A DNA stretch of 64,000 nucleotides from a virus (taxonomy: Duplodnaviria > Caudoviricetes): the IMG/VR virus record IMGVR_UViG_3300030330_004274, positions 1 to 64,000 of that record. One strand, written 5' to 3'. A program made the position numbers and the translations under genes. The notes under the pieces are model-generated. The model had not been told where the DNA came from and ran no database searches. It was given only the letters and a program-made list of their open reading frames with translations. Below are positions 28,013 through 37,232 of this stretch, piece by piece (the first letter of the stretch is position 1; the number at the start of each line of letters is the position of its first letter).

Positions 28013-28509
28013 TATCATCATAAGGATGGTAAAAGTTTTTTGATATAATTCCTCGCGGGAATGGGGTTCAGTATGAAAATGACTGAATAATGACTTTCCA
28101 AAAAGGTTATAAGGTGCGTGAGTAAGGTCTGTGGTGGACGGTACAAGGTACATAACTGTATGAGTATCACGAGGGTAACTCCTCTCGAAAGCGGCTGAAG
28201 TAAATAAAGAAAAATACATTGTATTTTTTGGTTACATGCATAAGGGTATACAATAATCCCTTTCACACCAGAAGAACCCCAAAATATTATTTGAGCGTGC
28301 TCCAGAAGAGTAAAAAGGAGTATCAGGAGCGTGCTCCAGAAAAAATGAGATGAACCTGCATACTTGGGTTGTAGTAATACTTCCTCAGTCCCTCCAGGTT
28401 CTCTCCTCACAATTAAATAGGTTATATTCTATATTGGTGTTATCCTTTCTACAATATAGAACAAAGGGCAACTCAATGGTTTAACTCCTTTTCCACAGTT
28501 GCCCTTTTT
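28013..28509 (+). ncRNA. candidate ~500-nt structured non-coding RNA
   Basis: Two upstream promoters, no + strand ORF in the track, raised GC, many hairpins and long-range stems, ends in a stem plus U-tract. Confidence 0.6.
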
Positions 28510-28563
28510 GTTACAAACTGTTACAATTTTCCTGTTGTAATATTGATAGAAAGTCCGTAAGTT
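28509..28563 (+). promoter_or_regulatory. direct-repeat promoter, copy 5
   Basis: Repeats at 28509/28519; TTGTAA-N17-TAAGTT. Confidence 0.7.
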
Positions 28564-28589
28564 ATAGTATAATTAAAAGGAGTTAATTT

Positions 28590-29756
28590 ATGAATCAACC
28601 GTTAAATGTAGTAAAAATTGAAAAATCAGGCAATAGGTTCAACGCCTGGGATACTAATGGTGTCAAGAGGACATCTGAAATAACAACTGTTACTCGTAGG
28701 AAAGCGTTCGAGGGAGATTATCTCTTGGGTGAGTTCGTTATGAAGAATGGTAAACACTACTGGAAAAAAGTGGATAATATTGAATCCGCTCCAGTTAATG
28801 ATACAATCTCTTCGGTAGAAGTCCCTTCTGACCACGAAGAGGTATTGAATTTTATACACAGTTCTTATTCCCTTAAACCAAGAATGCTGATGATGTCCGA
28901 GTTAAAATGGAAGTATTTGGTTAGGTCTGGTGTTAGAGGAAAGAACATTATGATGACAGGTCCTGCTGGTTGTGGTAAAACTATGGCAGCAAAATCGCTA
29001 GTAAATTCTTTAGATAGGCCTGATTATTATTTTAACTTGGGTGCAACTCAAGACCCAAGGTCAACTCTTATCGGTAATACCCACTTTGACAGTGCTAAAG
29101 GTACTTATTTCTCACAATCTTTATTTGTTGAGGCAATACAAACACCTAATGCGGTTATCCTCTTAGATGAGTTATCCAGAGCACATCCAGATGCATGGAA
29201 TATCTTGATGACTGTGTTGGATTATGGTCAAAGATACTTGAGGTTGGATGAATCTAATGGTAGTGATACTATTAAGGTTGCGGATGGTGTAACATTTGTA
29301 GCCACTGCGAACATCGGTAATGAGTATACTTCTACAAGAGTTATGGATAAAGCCCTGATGGACAGGTTCACTATTGTAGAGATGGATGTATTATCAGAGG
29401 ATGAGGAAAGTTCTCTATTGAATATGATGTTCCCTAATGTAGATAGTGTGGTGTTAGGTAATGTGGCTAAGATAGCAACTCTCACAAGAACAGAATCTAA
29501 CTCCGATACTGCGAGAATAACAAGTGGTATCAGTACAAGAACTACTGTTGAGCTGTGTGGGTTACTATATGATGGGTTCTCGTTAGAAGAGGCTGCTGAG
29601 GTTAGTATCTATCCACAGTATGATGCGACTGGTGGTGTTGACTCTGAAAGAACCTTTGTGAAACAGATTGTACAAAAGTTTGTTGATGATGGCTCAAGCG
29701 ATGACCTCTTCAATGAGGAAGAGATGGCGGAGGCCGAAGAGGATACTAACTACTAA
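28590..29756 (+). CDS. MoxR/CobS/CbbQ-type AAA+ ATPase
   Basis: Walker A GPAGCGKT, Walker B ILLDE, ATAN, DKALMDRF, ISTR. Confidence 0.85.
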   Translation: MNQPLNVVKIEKSGNRFNAWDTNGVKRTSEITTVTRRKAFEGDYLLGEFVMKNGKHYWKKVDNIESAPVNDTISSVEVPSDHEEVLNFIHSSYSLKPRMLMMSELKWKYLVRSGVRGKNIMMTGPAGCGKTMAAKSLVNSLDRPDYYFNLGATQDPRSTLIGNTHFDSAKGTYFSQSLFVEAIQTPNAVILLDELSRAHPDAWNILMTVLDYGQRYLRLDESNGSDTIKVADGVTFVATANIGNEYTSTRVMDKALMDRFTIVEMDVLSEDEESSLLNMMFPNVDSVVLGNVAKIATLTRTESNSDTARITSGISTRTTVELCGLLYDGFSLEEAAEVSIYPQYDATGGVDSERTFVKQIVQKFVDDGSSDDLFNEEEMAEAEEDTNY

Positions 29757-29784
29757 TAGTTAGTAAGTGTGTGGTTAACTCCTG

Positions 29785-29819
29785 AACAAGTGGCTGGATA
29801 ACGGCCGGCCACTTGTTTT
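29785..29819 (+). terminator. probable intrinsic terminator
   Basis: AACAAGTGGCTGG/CCGGCCACTTGTT stem followed by Ts. Confidence 0.55.
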
Positions 29820-29996
29820 ATACCAATTCAATGGGGGTAGGGGCTGGCTAACTTGAAAAGGTTTTTCACTTTTTTTAAAATAATACTTGACCGGGCTCTG
29901 ACCTGCAAACATTTCGCTGGAGCTTTTTTCAAGTATAATAAAATAATAGTTGTTTAATTGCTTATTTAGTAGTATATTAATATAGGAGTATTTAAT

Positions 29997-30488
29997 ATGA
30001 AATGTAGTAGATGTAATATAGAAGTACCAAAACAGCGTATAGAGTTGGGTTATACTATATGTACTACTTGTAGTACTGAAGAGAAAGTATCCTGCCATAC
30101 CATATATCCTCATAAGACGGGTGGGTATATACAAGTGGTATCAAAGGAACAAAGTAAGAATTTGAATAGGTTGGATAGAAGAGGTTCATCAGTTAAAACA
30201 GCCAAGAGTTATAAACCTTTTGTTATAGAGGAGAAACAAGAACCTAAACAATATAAGTTTCGTAAGTGTACTAAACAATATACCTCTTTCAATACCGCAC
30301 TTAAACAAGTTATGGATTACTATGATGAGTGGGGTTATGAAAGAACATTAGAATATTTACGAGGTTTGAATAGTAGTGGTAAGATACCTTTAATGACAAG
30401 AGTTAGAATACAAGATATGGTTACTGATATATACCTTACACCTACACCACGAGCATTACAGAGAAAATTTAAGACAGGAGTAGTATAA
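29997..30488 (+). CDS. zinc-finger hypothetical protein (DksA/TraR-like C4 pattern)
   Basis: CSRC..E.P..R......CTTC; AGGAG RBS. Confidence 0.55.
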   Translation: MKCSRCNIEVPKQRIELGYTICTTCSTEEKVSCHTIYPHKTGGYIQVVSKEQSKNLNRLDRRGSSVKTAKSYKPFVIEEKQEPKQYKFRKCTKQYTSFNTALKQVMDYYDEWGYERTLEYLRGLNSSGKIPLMTRVRIQDMVTDIYLTPTPRALQRKFKTGVV

Positions 30489-30934
30489 TGGAATTACAAG
30501 AAATATTGGATAGAATACAGAATGTATTATATCAAGGTGTTGATACACGAGATAATGATTTAGATTTATTAAGACACGATTTAGAACTTCAAATAATAGA
30601 GGAGAATAAGAATGGCAAAAGCTAAACACAATCTTTGGAAACGAAGAAAGAACGGGCCAGATAAATTGATTCGTTCACATAAACAATGGGTTGCTAAACA
30701 TAACCATAATAGGAAGGTTTATTTAGAGGAACAATTACAGAAAGCAAAAGAACAATTGGTAGGAGGCAATAATGAGTAATGATACAGCAAGTTGGTTCAT
30801 AGTATTGTTTTATTTAATGGTAGGTGGTGTAGGTACAGTATGTGGTATGTACTCTCTATATTGGATTACAGTAGAGTTACCTGTACTATTAAGAATTAAA
30901 CGAGAACAATTATATAACAGATGGAGGGATTAAG

Positions 30935-31177
30935 ATGATGGGTGCAAATTATGGAAGAAGAAAAGAAGATAATGGATTTAAAATAAATATGATGCCTGAT
31001 TGGATAAATATAGTAATGTCATTATGTAAATGGTTTATATGTGTTATGCCGTTTGTTATATGTTCGTTCTTGATGTTCTTTAAATCAGAAATGTCTTTAT
31101 GGGATAATATGTTACTTACTTGTGTATATCTATTATCGTTAAGTAGTGTAATTAATATTACGGTAAAAGATGATTAA
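30935..31177 (+). CDS. small membrane protein
   Basis: GGAGG RBS; two hydrophobic segments. Confidence 0.45.
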   Translation: MMGANYGRRKEDNGFKINMMPDWINIVMSLCKWFICVMPFVICSFLMFFKSEMSLWDNMLLTCVYLLSLSSVINITVKDD

Positions 31178-31185
31178 AAAAAGCG

Positions 31186-31215
31186 TTGACTCATATAGGA
31201 GAAGTTATGTATATT
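31186..31215 (+). promoter_or_regulatory. sigma70-type promoter TTGACT-N18-TATATT
   Basis: ATG of uvsE lies 6 nt after the -10 (probably leaderless). Confidence 0.7.
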
Positions 31216-31221
31216 AATAGT

Positions 31222-32133
31222 ATGAATAGTATGGGATATGCATGTATTAATATGAATCTATCTAATAGTAAACCTCGTATTACTACAAATCGTTCTATGA
31301 TAAAAAGAACATTTACAGAGAAAGGATTACCATACGCATCAGAACTTACATTACAGAATTGTAAGGATTTACTTACTATATTGAAATGGAACAAGGATAA
31401 CGGATTTGATTTCTTTCGTATGTCTTCAGATATAATACCTTGGGCCTCTGAATACAATATATGTGATTTACCTGATTACGAAGAAATTAAAAATGTACTG
31501 AAAGAATGTGGTGATTTTGCTACTGAAAATCTTATGAGGATAACAACACATCCAGGTCCATTCAATGTATTGACATCACCACACGAGCATGTGGTTGAGA
31601 ATTGTATTAAGGATTTATCCATACACGGTGAAGTGTTTGATATGATGGGATTATCACGAACACCATACAACAAAATCAATATACATATTGGTGGTGTATA
31701 TGGTGATAAGGTTTCAGCTATGGAAAGATTCTGTAAGAACTTTCATCGATTACCTGAATCTGTTAAATCAAGATTGACTGTTGAGAATGATGATAAGGCA
31801 AGTATGTATTCTGTTCAAGATTTATATGATGGTGTTTACAAAGTTATAGGTATTCCAATTGTGTTTGATTATCATCACCACACATTCAATACAGGTGATT
31901 TATCAGAACAACAAGCATTGGAACTTGCTATGTCAACTTGGGGTAACATTGTACCTGTTGTACATTATTCAGAATCTCGTCAAAGAGAACAAGAAGACCC
32001 CAAGATTAGACCTCAGGCACATTCAGATTATGTTATTGATTACATTGATACCTATGGAAACAAAGTTGATATTATGGTAGAAGCAAAACACAAAGAACTT
32101 GCAGTATTGAAATACAAGGAGTTGTATGGATAA
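31222..32133 (+). CDS. uvsE: UV damage endonuclease UvsE
   Basis: GYACIN, FFRMSS, HPGPF, INIHIGG, ENDD, FDYHHH, HYSE, AHSD, EAKHKE. Confidence 0.93.
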   Translation: MNSMGYACINMNLSNSKPRITTNRSMIKRTFTEKGLPYASELTLQNCKDLLTILKWNKDNGFDFFRMSSDIIPWASEYNICDLPDYEEIKNVLKECGDFATENLMRITTHPGPFNVLTSPHEHVVENCIKDLSIHGEVFDMMGLSRTPYNKINIHIGGVYGDKVSAMERFCKNFHRLPESVKSRLTVENDDKASMYSVQDLYDGVYKVIGIPIVFDYHHHTFNTGDLSEQQALELAMSTWGNIVPVVHYSESRQREQEDPKIRPQAHSDYVIDYIDTYGNKVDIMVEAKHKELAVLKYKELYG

Positions 32134-32620
32134 ACCAACATATGTAGGATTTGAACACGATAAATATTATTGGAAACCCGATGTTGATTATAAACAGAAT
32201 CCTTTGAAATATCGTATAGGTAGAGGACAACAAGGTGTATTGATATGTCAACCATATAAGAATGAACTATATCCATTATGGAAATTCAGAACATCTAAAC
32301 TAGCCAAGAAATCTTGTGATGATATTTACAATAAGTTTATGGAATATTTAGATGGTAATGATTTTGTTGGTGCTGATATGGCTAAGAAATATCTACATAT
32401 GGGATTCACAAGAGCTAGAAGATATTGGAATCATTCATCAGGTAGAAAGTGGGAGAACAAAGATGGTGAGTGGAAAGTATTACCATATGATAAAAATGAA
32501 AAAAGGTTTTGGATTTCTTCTAATATATTCTTAAATTATTGGAAGAAGGCTAGAACTAATGAAAAGTATTTAAGACTAAAAGAGGAGTTTAAGAATGCCA
32601 TTATCGAGATGGAGTCGTAG
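32126..32620 (+). CDS. DUF4385-family protein
   Basis: YRIGRGQQGVL..QPYK...WKFRT, DFVGADMAKKYLHMGFTRARRY.NH. Confidence 0.75.
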   Translation: MDKPTYVGFEHDKYYWKPDVDYKQNPLKYRIGRGQQGVLICQPYKNELYPLWKFRTSKLAKKSCDDIYNKFMEYLDGNDFVGADMAKKYLHMGFTRARRYWNHSSGRKWENKDGEWKVLPYDKNEKRFWISSNIFLNYWKKARTNEKYLRLKEEFKNAIIEMES

Positions 32621-33101
32621 ACACAAACGAACCTTTGGTAGAAAAGAACAAGATGAATCAAAGGTATTTTTAGAAGAACATAGAGTACCACCCAAACCTA
32701 CATCTTATTATACTAAAGACAAAGGTAAGTGTAGATATTGTGGACATTGGATTTATACTGAAGAAGGTGAATTGAATCAGAGGAAGAGTTGGCATACAAG
32801 ATGTGCAGATGAGTATATGTTTATCTATCATTCTAATGAAACACGAAAGTATATTTGGCAAAGAGATAATGGTGAATGTGCTCATTGTCACGAATTGTTT
32901 CCTTGGCGTTCTCGTAGGAATAGTGAGAAGTGGGATGTAGACCACATCAGACCATTATGGGAACAGAAGGGTAAAACCTTTGATGAAATTGATTTAACAT
33001 ATTGGGAAGAAGAGAATTTACAGACACTATGTTATAGTTGTCATAAGAAGAAATCAGCTAAAGAGGCAACTCGGAGAGCTAAATTAAATAATAAAAAATA
33101 A
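32595..33101 (+). CDS. HNH endonuclease
   Basis: RDNGECAHC...VDHIRP...NLQTLCYSCH. Confidence 0.8.
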   Translation: MPLSRWSRRHKRTFGRKEQDESKVFLEEHRVPPKPTSYYTKDKGKCRYCGHWIYTEEGELNQRKSWHTRCADEYMFIYHSNETRKYIWQRDNGECAHCHELFPWRSRRNSEKWDVDHIRPLWEQKGKTFDEIDLTYWEEENLQTLCYSCHKKKSAKEATRRAKLNNKK

Positions 33102-33124
33102 AACATAAACAGGAGATTAAAACA

Positions 33125-34729
33125 ATGGGTAAATTTTTTGAAGATAGTTTAGAAGGATTTTCAGAAGTTCGAGATAGACGTCAGGCAATGATGAAACCAA
33201 ACTTTCCTCTTATATTAAGAGAGTTGTTACAGAATGTGCCGTGGAGTGCAAATTTAACTAACCTTAATTTAACGATGACAAAAGTTGATGGTACGGATGA
33301 AAGAGAAGTTCTATTAGAAATGTTAGATAATGATTATGGATGTACATATCAAACTTTTAGAGCAAGTACATTAGCTTTCGATACAGAGAGTGGATTTGGT
33401 GTTAAGAAAGTAGGAGCCAATAAGTTTGGACAGGGAATACCAAATATCGTACCTAAATCATCTACTGGTCAATTAGAACTTCAAATGAAAAAAGATGGTA
33501 AGGCTTGGAGAGTTATTATGAGTTCTGATGCCAATAGGGGTATTAGTGTAGAGGAAAATATTAAGGATTCCAAGATAGAAGGTGAGAGTGGTTTTTATTT
33601 TAGGATACCATTAAAAATAACTAATAAATCTTGGAAGATAAGTTCACCAGAAGCTATGGTACAAGAGTTCTATAATATTATCAAACAAGATTGTCATTTT
33701 AATTTAAGTAGAGTAAAAGTTAATATTAAGTTAGTAGGATTTGATATGGCATTTAATAAATCGTTTAAGGATTTAGATTGTATTCAAAAAAGAAACGATG
33801 TATGGGTAACAGATGATTTATCTACTACTACAGTTAATGCACCTAACATTATTGACAAACCACAAATCTATGATTATCAAGGTGGTAAAATAAGAATCTT
33901 GAAAATGGAATTAGGTAAGAGGGTTGGTAAACAAGAAGCTGAAAAGTATCTTGGTTTGAATGAAGAGGAATATGAAAAACTTTATTTCTTAGCAGAACAA
34001 GCTGATAGACCAGTTGCTCTATTCAGATGTTCAAGGACAGGTTTGTTATATCCTACAATCATCCCATTAAGAAATGGTGCTACTGGTCAGATAAATCTTA
34101 ATCATTGTACAGTTATTTGTACCATTGATATTCAAGATGAGTGTTGGGGTGTAGACCAAACTAAAGAAGAAATAATGACACCAACAATGATGGATTATCT
34201 AAAAGGTAAAATACAATATATAGCAGAAGGTATATATCCATCTGAATCTTATAAAGAATATGCATTACAATCTTTCTTATTTGATACTTATACAGAGGGA
34301 GAGGATTTTAATGCTGAAAGATTAAGACACGATAGTGGAATAGGTTTTACAGAAAGTATGACACTTGAAGAGCGTTTAAAACATATCTTTAAAGAAGATT
34401 CAAATGGTGCAAGTAGATATGATTTTTCTTTATTAGATGAAGATAAAGTAAAGATGCCAACAGAAGTTAAACCTAAATTCTTTAAAAAGAATGAGTACTT
34501 ACAAGTATTAAAATACTATATGCAAGAGAAATCTGAAAAAGTTACTATGATAGGTTTAGATGTGGATAATGAAAAAATTTCTCAACTTCACAATCAAGTG
34601 GATAGATGGAAAAAAGGTAAGATGAGTAAACTTGCTAACTGGCAATATTTAGATGCTAGGAAATATGGATATAGTAAACTTGTTGAGAGAGAATACATAA
34701 ATAAAGTAAGAGATGCAATGAATGTTTAA
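33125..34729 (+). CDS. GHKL-type ATPase fused to a PD-(D/E)xK nuclease-like domain
   Basis: ILRELLQN, DNDYG, GANKFGQG; C-terminal RYDF...TEVK...QVLKY. Confidence 0.55.
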   Translation: MGKFFEDSLEGFSEVRDRRQAMMKPNFPLILRELLQNVPWSANLTNLNLTMTKVDGTDEREVLLEMLDNDYGCTYQTFRASTLAFDTESGFGVKKVGANKFGQGIPNIVPKSSTGQLELQMKKDGKAWRVIMSSDANRGISVEENIKDSKIEGESGFYFRIPLKITNKSWKISSPEAMVQEFYNIIKQDCHFNLSRVKVNIKLVGFDMAFNKSFKDLDCIQKRNDVWVTDDLSTTTVNAPNIIDKPQIYDYQGGKIRILKMELGKRVGKQEAEKYLGLNEEEYEKLYFLAEQADRPVALFRCSRTGLLYPTIIPLRNGATGQINLNHCTVICTIDIQDECWGVDQTKEEIMTPTMMDYLKGKIQYIAEGIYPSESYKEYALQSFLFDTYTEGEDFNAERLRHDSGIGFTESMTLEERLKHIFKEDSNGASRYDFSLLDEDKVKMPTEVKPKFFKKNEYLQVLKYYMQEKSEKVTMIGLDVDNEKISQLHNQVDRWKKGKMSKLANWQYLDARKYGYSKLVEREYINKVRDAMNV

Positions 34730-35522
34730 AAGAAGAATGGATACTGGTTGGACATTTAAATCAGATACGATGTATAACAAATATAATGTATATCGTGATG
34801 GTGATATGTTTGAAGTAAATCCTAACTGGCAAAGTATTGCACAGATAAAATATGTTGGTAAACGAAATATACCGATAGTTGTAATTGATGATTTTTTCAT
34901 TAATGTAGATAAGGTGAGGGAACTTGCCTTATCTGCACACTATAGTAATCACACTAACAAAATGAATGCATCACCTGGTATTAGATGTGTGTTTGATATT
35001 CATTGGGATATTGGAAAGATTGCTCAGGCATATTTTAACAATTGGTATTTAGAGGAACTTAATATTAAGTGTCCTTTTAATTGGCCTAATAAACATAATA
35101 TGTTTACAATCATAGATACATCAGAACCTATGGTAACACCACAATGTTATCCTCATATAGATATATCGTGGCAAGAAGGACAACGATTAGGAGATGATGA
35201 TACACAACATACTGCCAGTATTGTATATTTAAATACAGATGATGAATGTAAAGGTGGGACTGGAATATACAAGTGTAAAACTCTTGATAGTCATTTATGT
35301 ACAACCAAAGATAAATTTTTAGAATGGGATGCAGTAAAAAAACCTAAAAGAGTAAACAACATTAATTATGAAGATAATGATATGTTTGAATTAGTCTATG
35401 AAGCAAAAATGAAATACAATAGATTCGTGATGTATCCTACTTGTTTGTTTCATCATCCTATTTATAAACCAGATTATTTTACAGGTGATAACTGTCGTAT
35501 AACATTGGGTTCGTTTGTGTAA
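34722..35522 (+). CDS. 2OG-Fe(II) oxygenase (DUF6445-like)
   Basis: IVVIDDFF, PHID, IVYLN, GGTG, YNRFVMY...FH, RIT. Confidence 0.75.
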   Translation: MFKRRMDTGWTFKSDTMYNKYNVYRDGDMFEVNPNWQSIAQIKYVGKRNIPIVVIDDFFINVDKVRELALSAHYSNHTNKMNASPGIRCVFDIHWDIGKIAQAYFNNWYLEELNIKCPFNWPNKHNMFTIIDTSEPMVTPQCYPHIDISWQEGQRLGDDDTQHTASIVYLNTDDECKGGTGIYKCKTLDSHLCTTKDKFLEWDAVKKPKRVNNINYEDNDMFELVYEAKMKYNRFVMYPTCLFHHPIYKPDYFTGDNCRITLGSFV

Positions 35523-35731
35523 TGAAGAATCCATTTACAGAACATCCACATTCAGTAGGGGAAACATATTTTGAACATATGAAGAAAGCATTAAAGTATT
35601 CTTTCGTATTGTATTATGCATTCATAGTTGTTATGATACATGCATTCTATCCATTCTTGTTTACCACGACTGGAAGTGATACGATAGCAAAATTACACAA
35701 AGAATTAAAGGGAAGAAAAAATGAAAGATAA
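35522..35731 (+). CDS. DUF6356-like small membrane protein
   Basis: FTEHPHSVGETYFEHM...HAFYPFLF. Confidence 0.7.
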   Translation: MKNPFTEHPHSVGETYFEHMKKALKYSFVLYYAFIVVMIHAFYPFLFTTTGSDTIAKLHKELKGRKNER

Positions 35732-35851
35732 TTTTGAATGGCAAGGTAAAAGAAAAGACCAAGTAGAGTTTTCATACAAGATGGTAGCATTTAGTGTTGT
35801 TGCTAGTATTGTATTGATAACCATATGGGGTATAGGGAGATTAATATTGGG

Positions 35852-36217
35852 ATGAAGTTTTTAACAAGAAAATTAATTACACCAGCAGATTTAAATCCAA
35901 GAGGAACTCTGCATGGTGGACAACTATTGAAGTGGATTGATGAGGAAGGTGGTATTCACGCAGCATTAGAATTACAGACAGGATTAATTGTAACAAAGTT
36001 TATATCAGAGATTGATTTTAAATTTCCTGTCTTGGAAGGTGATGTGGTGGAGATAGGAATGCAAACATTATCAATCGGTAAAACATCTTGTACACTCGCG
36101 TGTGATGTAAGAAGTCTTCAGGCAGATAGAGTTGTATGTTCAATAGATAAGATGGTTTACATCAGAGTGAACAAGTATGGAATGCCGAAGAAGCATGGTA
36201 GTATGAGTGGTGAATGA
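35852..36217 (+). CDS. hotdog-fold acyl-CoA thioesterase
   Basis: DLNPRGTLHGGQLLKWIDE, F..PV..GD, GKTS. Confidence 0.8.
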   Translation: MKFLTRKLITPADLNPRGTLHGGQLLKWIDEEGGIHAALELQTGLIVTKFISEIDFKFPVLEGDVVEIGMQTLSIGKTSCTLACDVRSLQADRVVCSIDKMVYIRVNKYGMPKKHGSMSGE

Positions 36218-36567
36218 AATTCAAAAAAGGAAATAGGTGGAAAGGTAGTAAAGGTGAACTACGATATAAGACCTGGCGTAAGATGGTGTTTGAACTTAAC
36301 AAAAGGAAAGTTGGTTTATCTAAACACTATGTATGTGTAAAGTGTAACAAGAAAAGAAAGACAACCAAAGTACTACACGCACATCACATATATAGTTGGA
36401 ATAAGTTTCCTAAAAAAAGATACGATAGATATAATGGTGTCGTTCTATGTATTAAATGTCATAATGCCTTTCACAGAAAATACAAGTTTGAAGCTCTTGA
36501 CAAACCCAACTTACTGCTCGAATACTTAAACAATAATCGTATCGTAAAAGAATATATACAAGAGTAA
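36214..36567 (+). CDS. HNH endonuclease
   Basis: CVKC...LHAHHI...NGVVLCIKCHNAFH. Confidence 0.75.
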   Translation: MKFKKGNRWKGSKGELRYKTWRKMVFELNKRKVGLSKHYVCVKCNKKRKTTKVLHAHHIYSWNKFPKKRYDRYNGVVLCIKCHNAFHRKYKFEALDKPNLLLEYLNNNRIVKEYIQE

Positions 36568-36617
36568 AAATTTTTTTCTTTTCCGCTTTTTAAATTATAT
36601 TTATAGTAAAGAACGAA

Positions 36618-37232
36618 GTGAGGATTATTATGAAGAAAGATAAATACAAATTAATAAAAGAAGAATCAATTAAAAATATAATCGAGTTTCTCGATGAGGT
36701 ACAATTTGATGCTGCTAAAGAGGGTAGTACTGAAGATATGCATAAAGTTAATTTTTGTACTTGGGCTATCAATGAATTACTAAATGGATATGATGCATTT
36801 CTTAGCAGAAAAAAATATGGTAAAGGTGATAATAAAAAATCTCAATCAAAATCAAGAGACCAATATGTAGAAGAAACATTTATGGATTGGAATCTACCTG
36901 ATATGTCTGATGAAGAGTATGAAAAACTTGTAGACCAATTTGATGCATTCTTACGAAGTTGGGAAAAAGAATATAATAAAAAGAAAAAGAAAGAAGGTAA
37001 GGTAGATGATGTGATTCAAGAAAGACCTTACAAACCTCACATAGAAGATGTAATGGATTATTGTTCATTAGAAGAAGTTATAGAATTTCTTAAAGATGAC
37101 CCTGAACTTACAGATAATGAAAGATTTGAATTGTATTATGATGAGAGAGAAAGAAGAAAACCTAAAGAGAAAGGTTTATCATATGAGGAATTGTTTAAAG
37201 GAACTGGAGTTACACCACCTAAGAAGAAATAA
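36618..37232 (+). CDS. hypothetical protein
   Basis: Long ORF preceded by an ATATTTATA motif. Confidence 0.6.
   Translation: MRIIMKKDKYKLIKEESIKNIIEFLDEVQFDAAKEGSTEDMHKVNFCTWAINELLNGYDAFLSRKKYGKGDNKKSQSKSRDQYVEETFMDWNLPDMSDEEYEKLVDQFDAFLRSWEKEYNKKKKKEGKVDDVIQERPYKPHIEDVMDYCSLEEVIEFLKDDPELTDNERFELYYDERERRKPKEKGLSYEELFKGTGVTPPKKK

Noticed and set aside
28156-28200. Hammerhead-like CTGTATGAG...CTCGAAA
   Set aside because: The core has an extra base relative to CUGANGA, and I found no convincing stem I/III or NUH site
28293-28341. Two 15-nt direct repeats as a mini CRISPR array
   Set aside because: Only two copies, repeat too short, 19-nt spacer, no cas genes in the window
27971-28410. Minus-strand ORFs 27971-28219 and 28018-28410
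   Set aside because: No recognisable motifs, opposite to local gene orientation and to two + strand promoters; RNA structure explains the region better
28013-28509. tmRNA, RNase P RNA, SRP RNA or a group I/II intron
   Set aside because: No tRNA-like ends, no GAGGAAAGUCC, no SRP loop, no domain V and no interrupted host gene
31186-31221. TTG start of the uvsE ORF
   Set aside because: The TTG is the -35 element; ATG 31222 fits the family N-terminus
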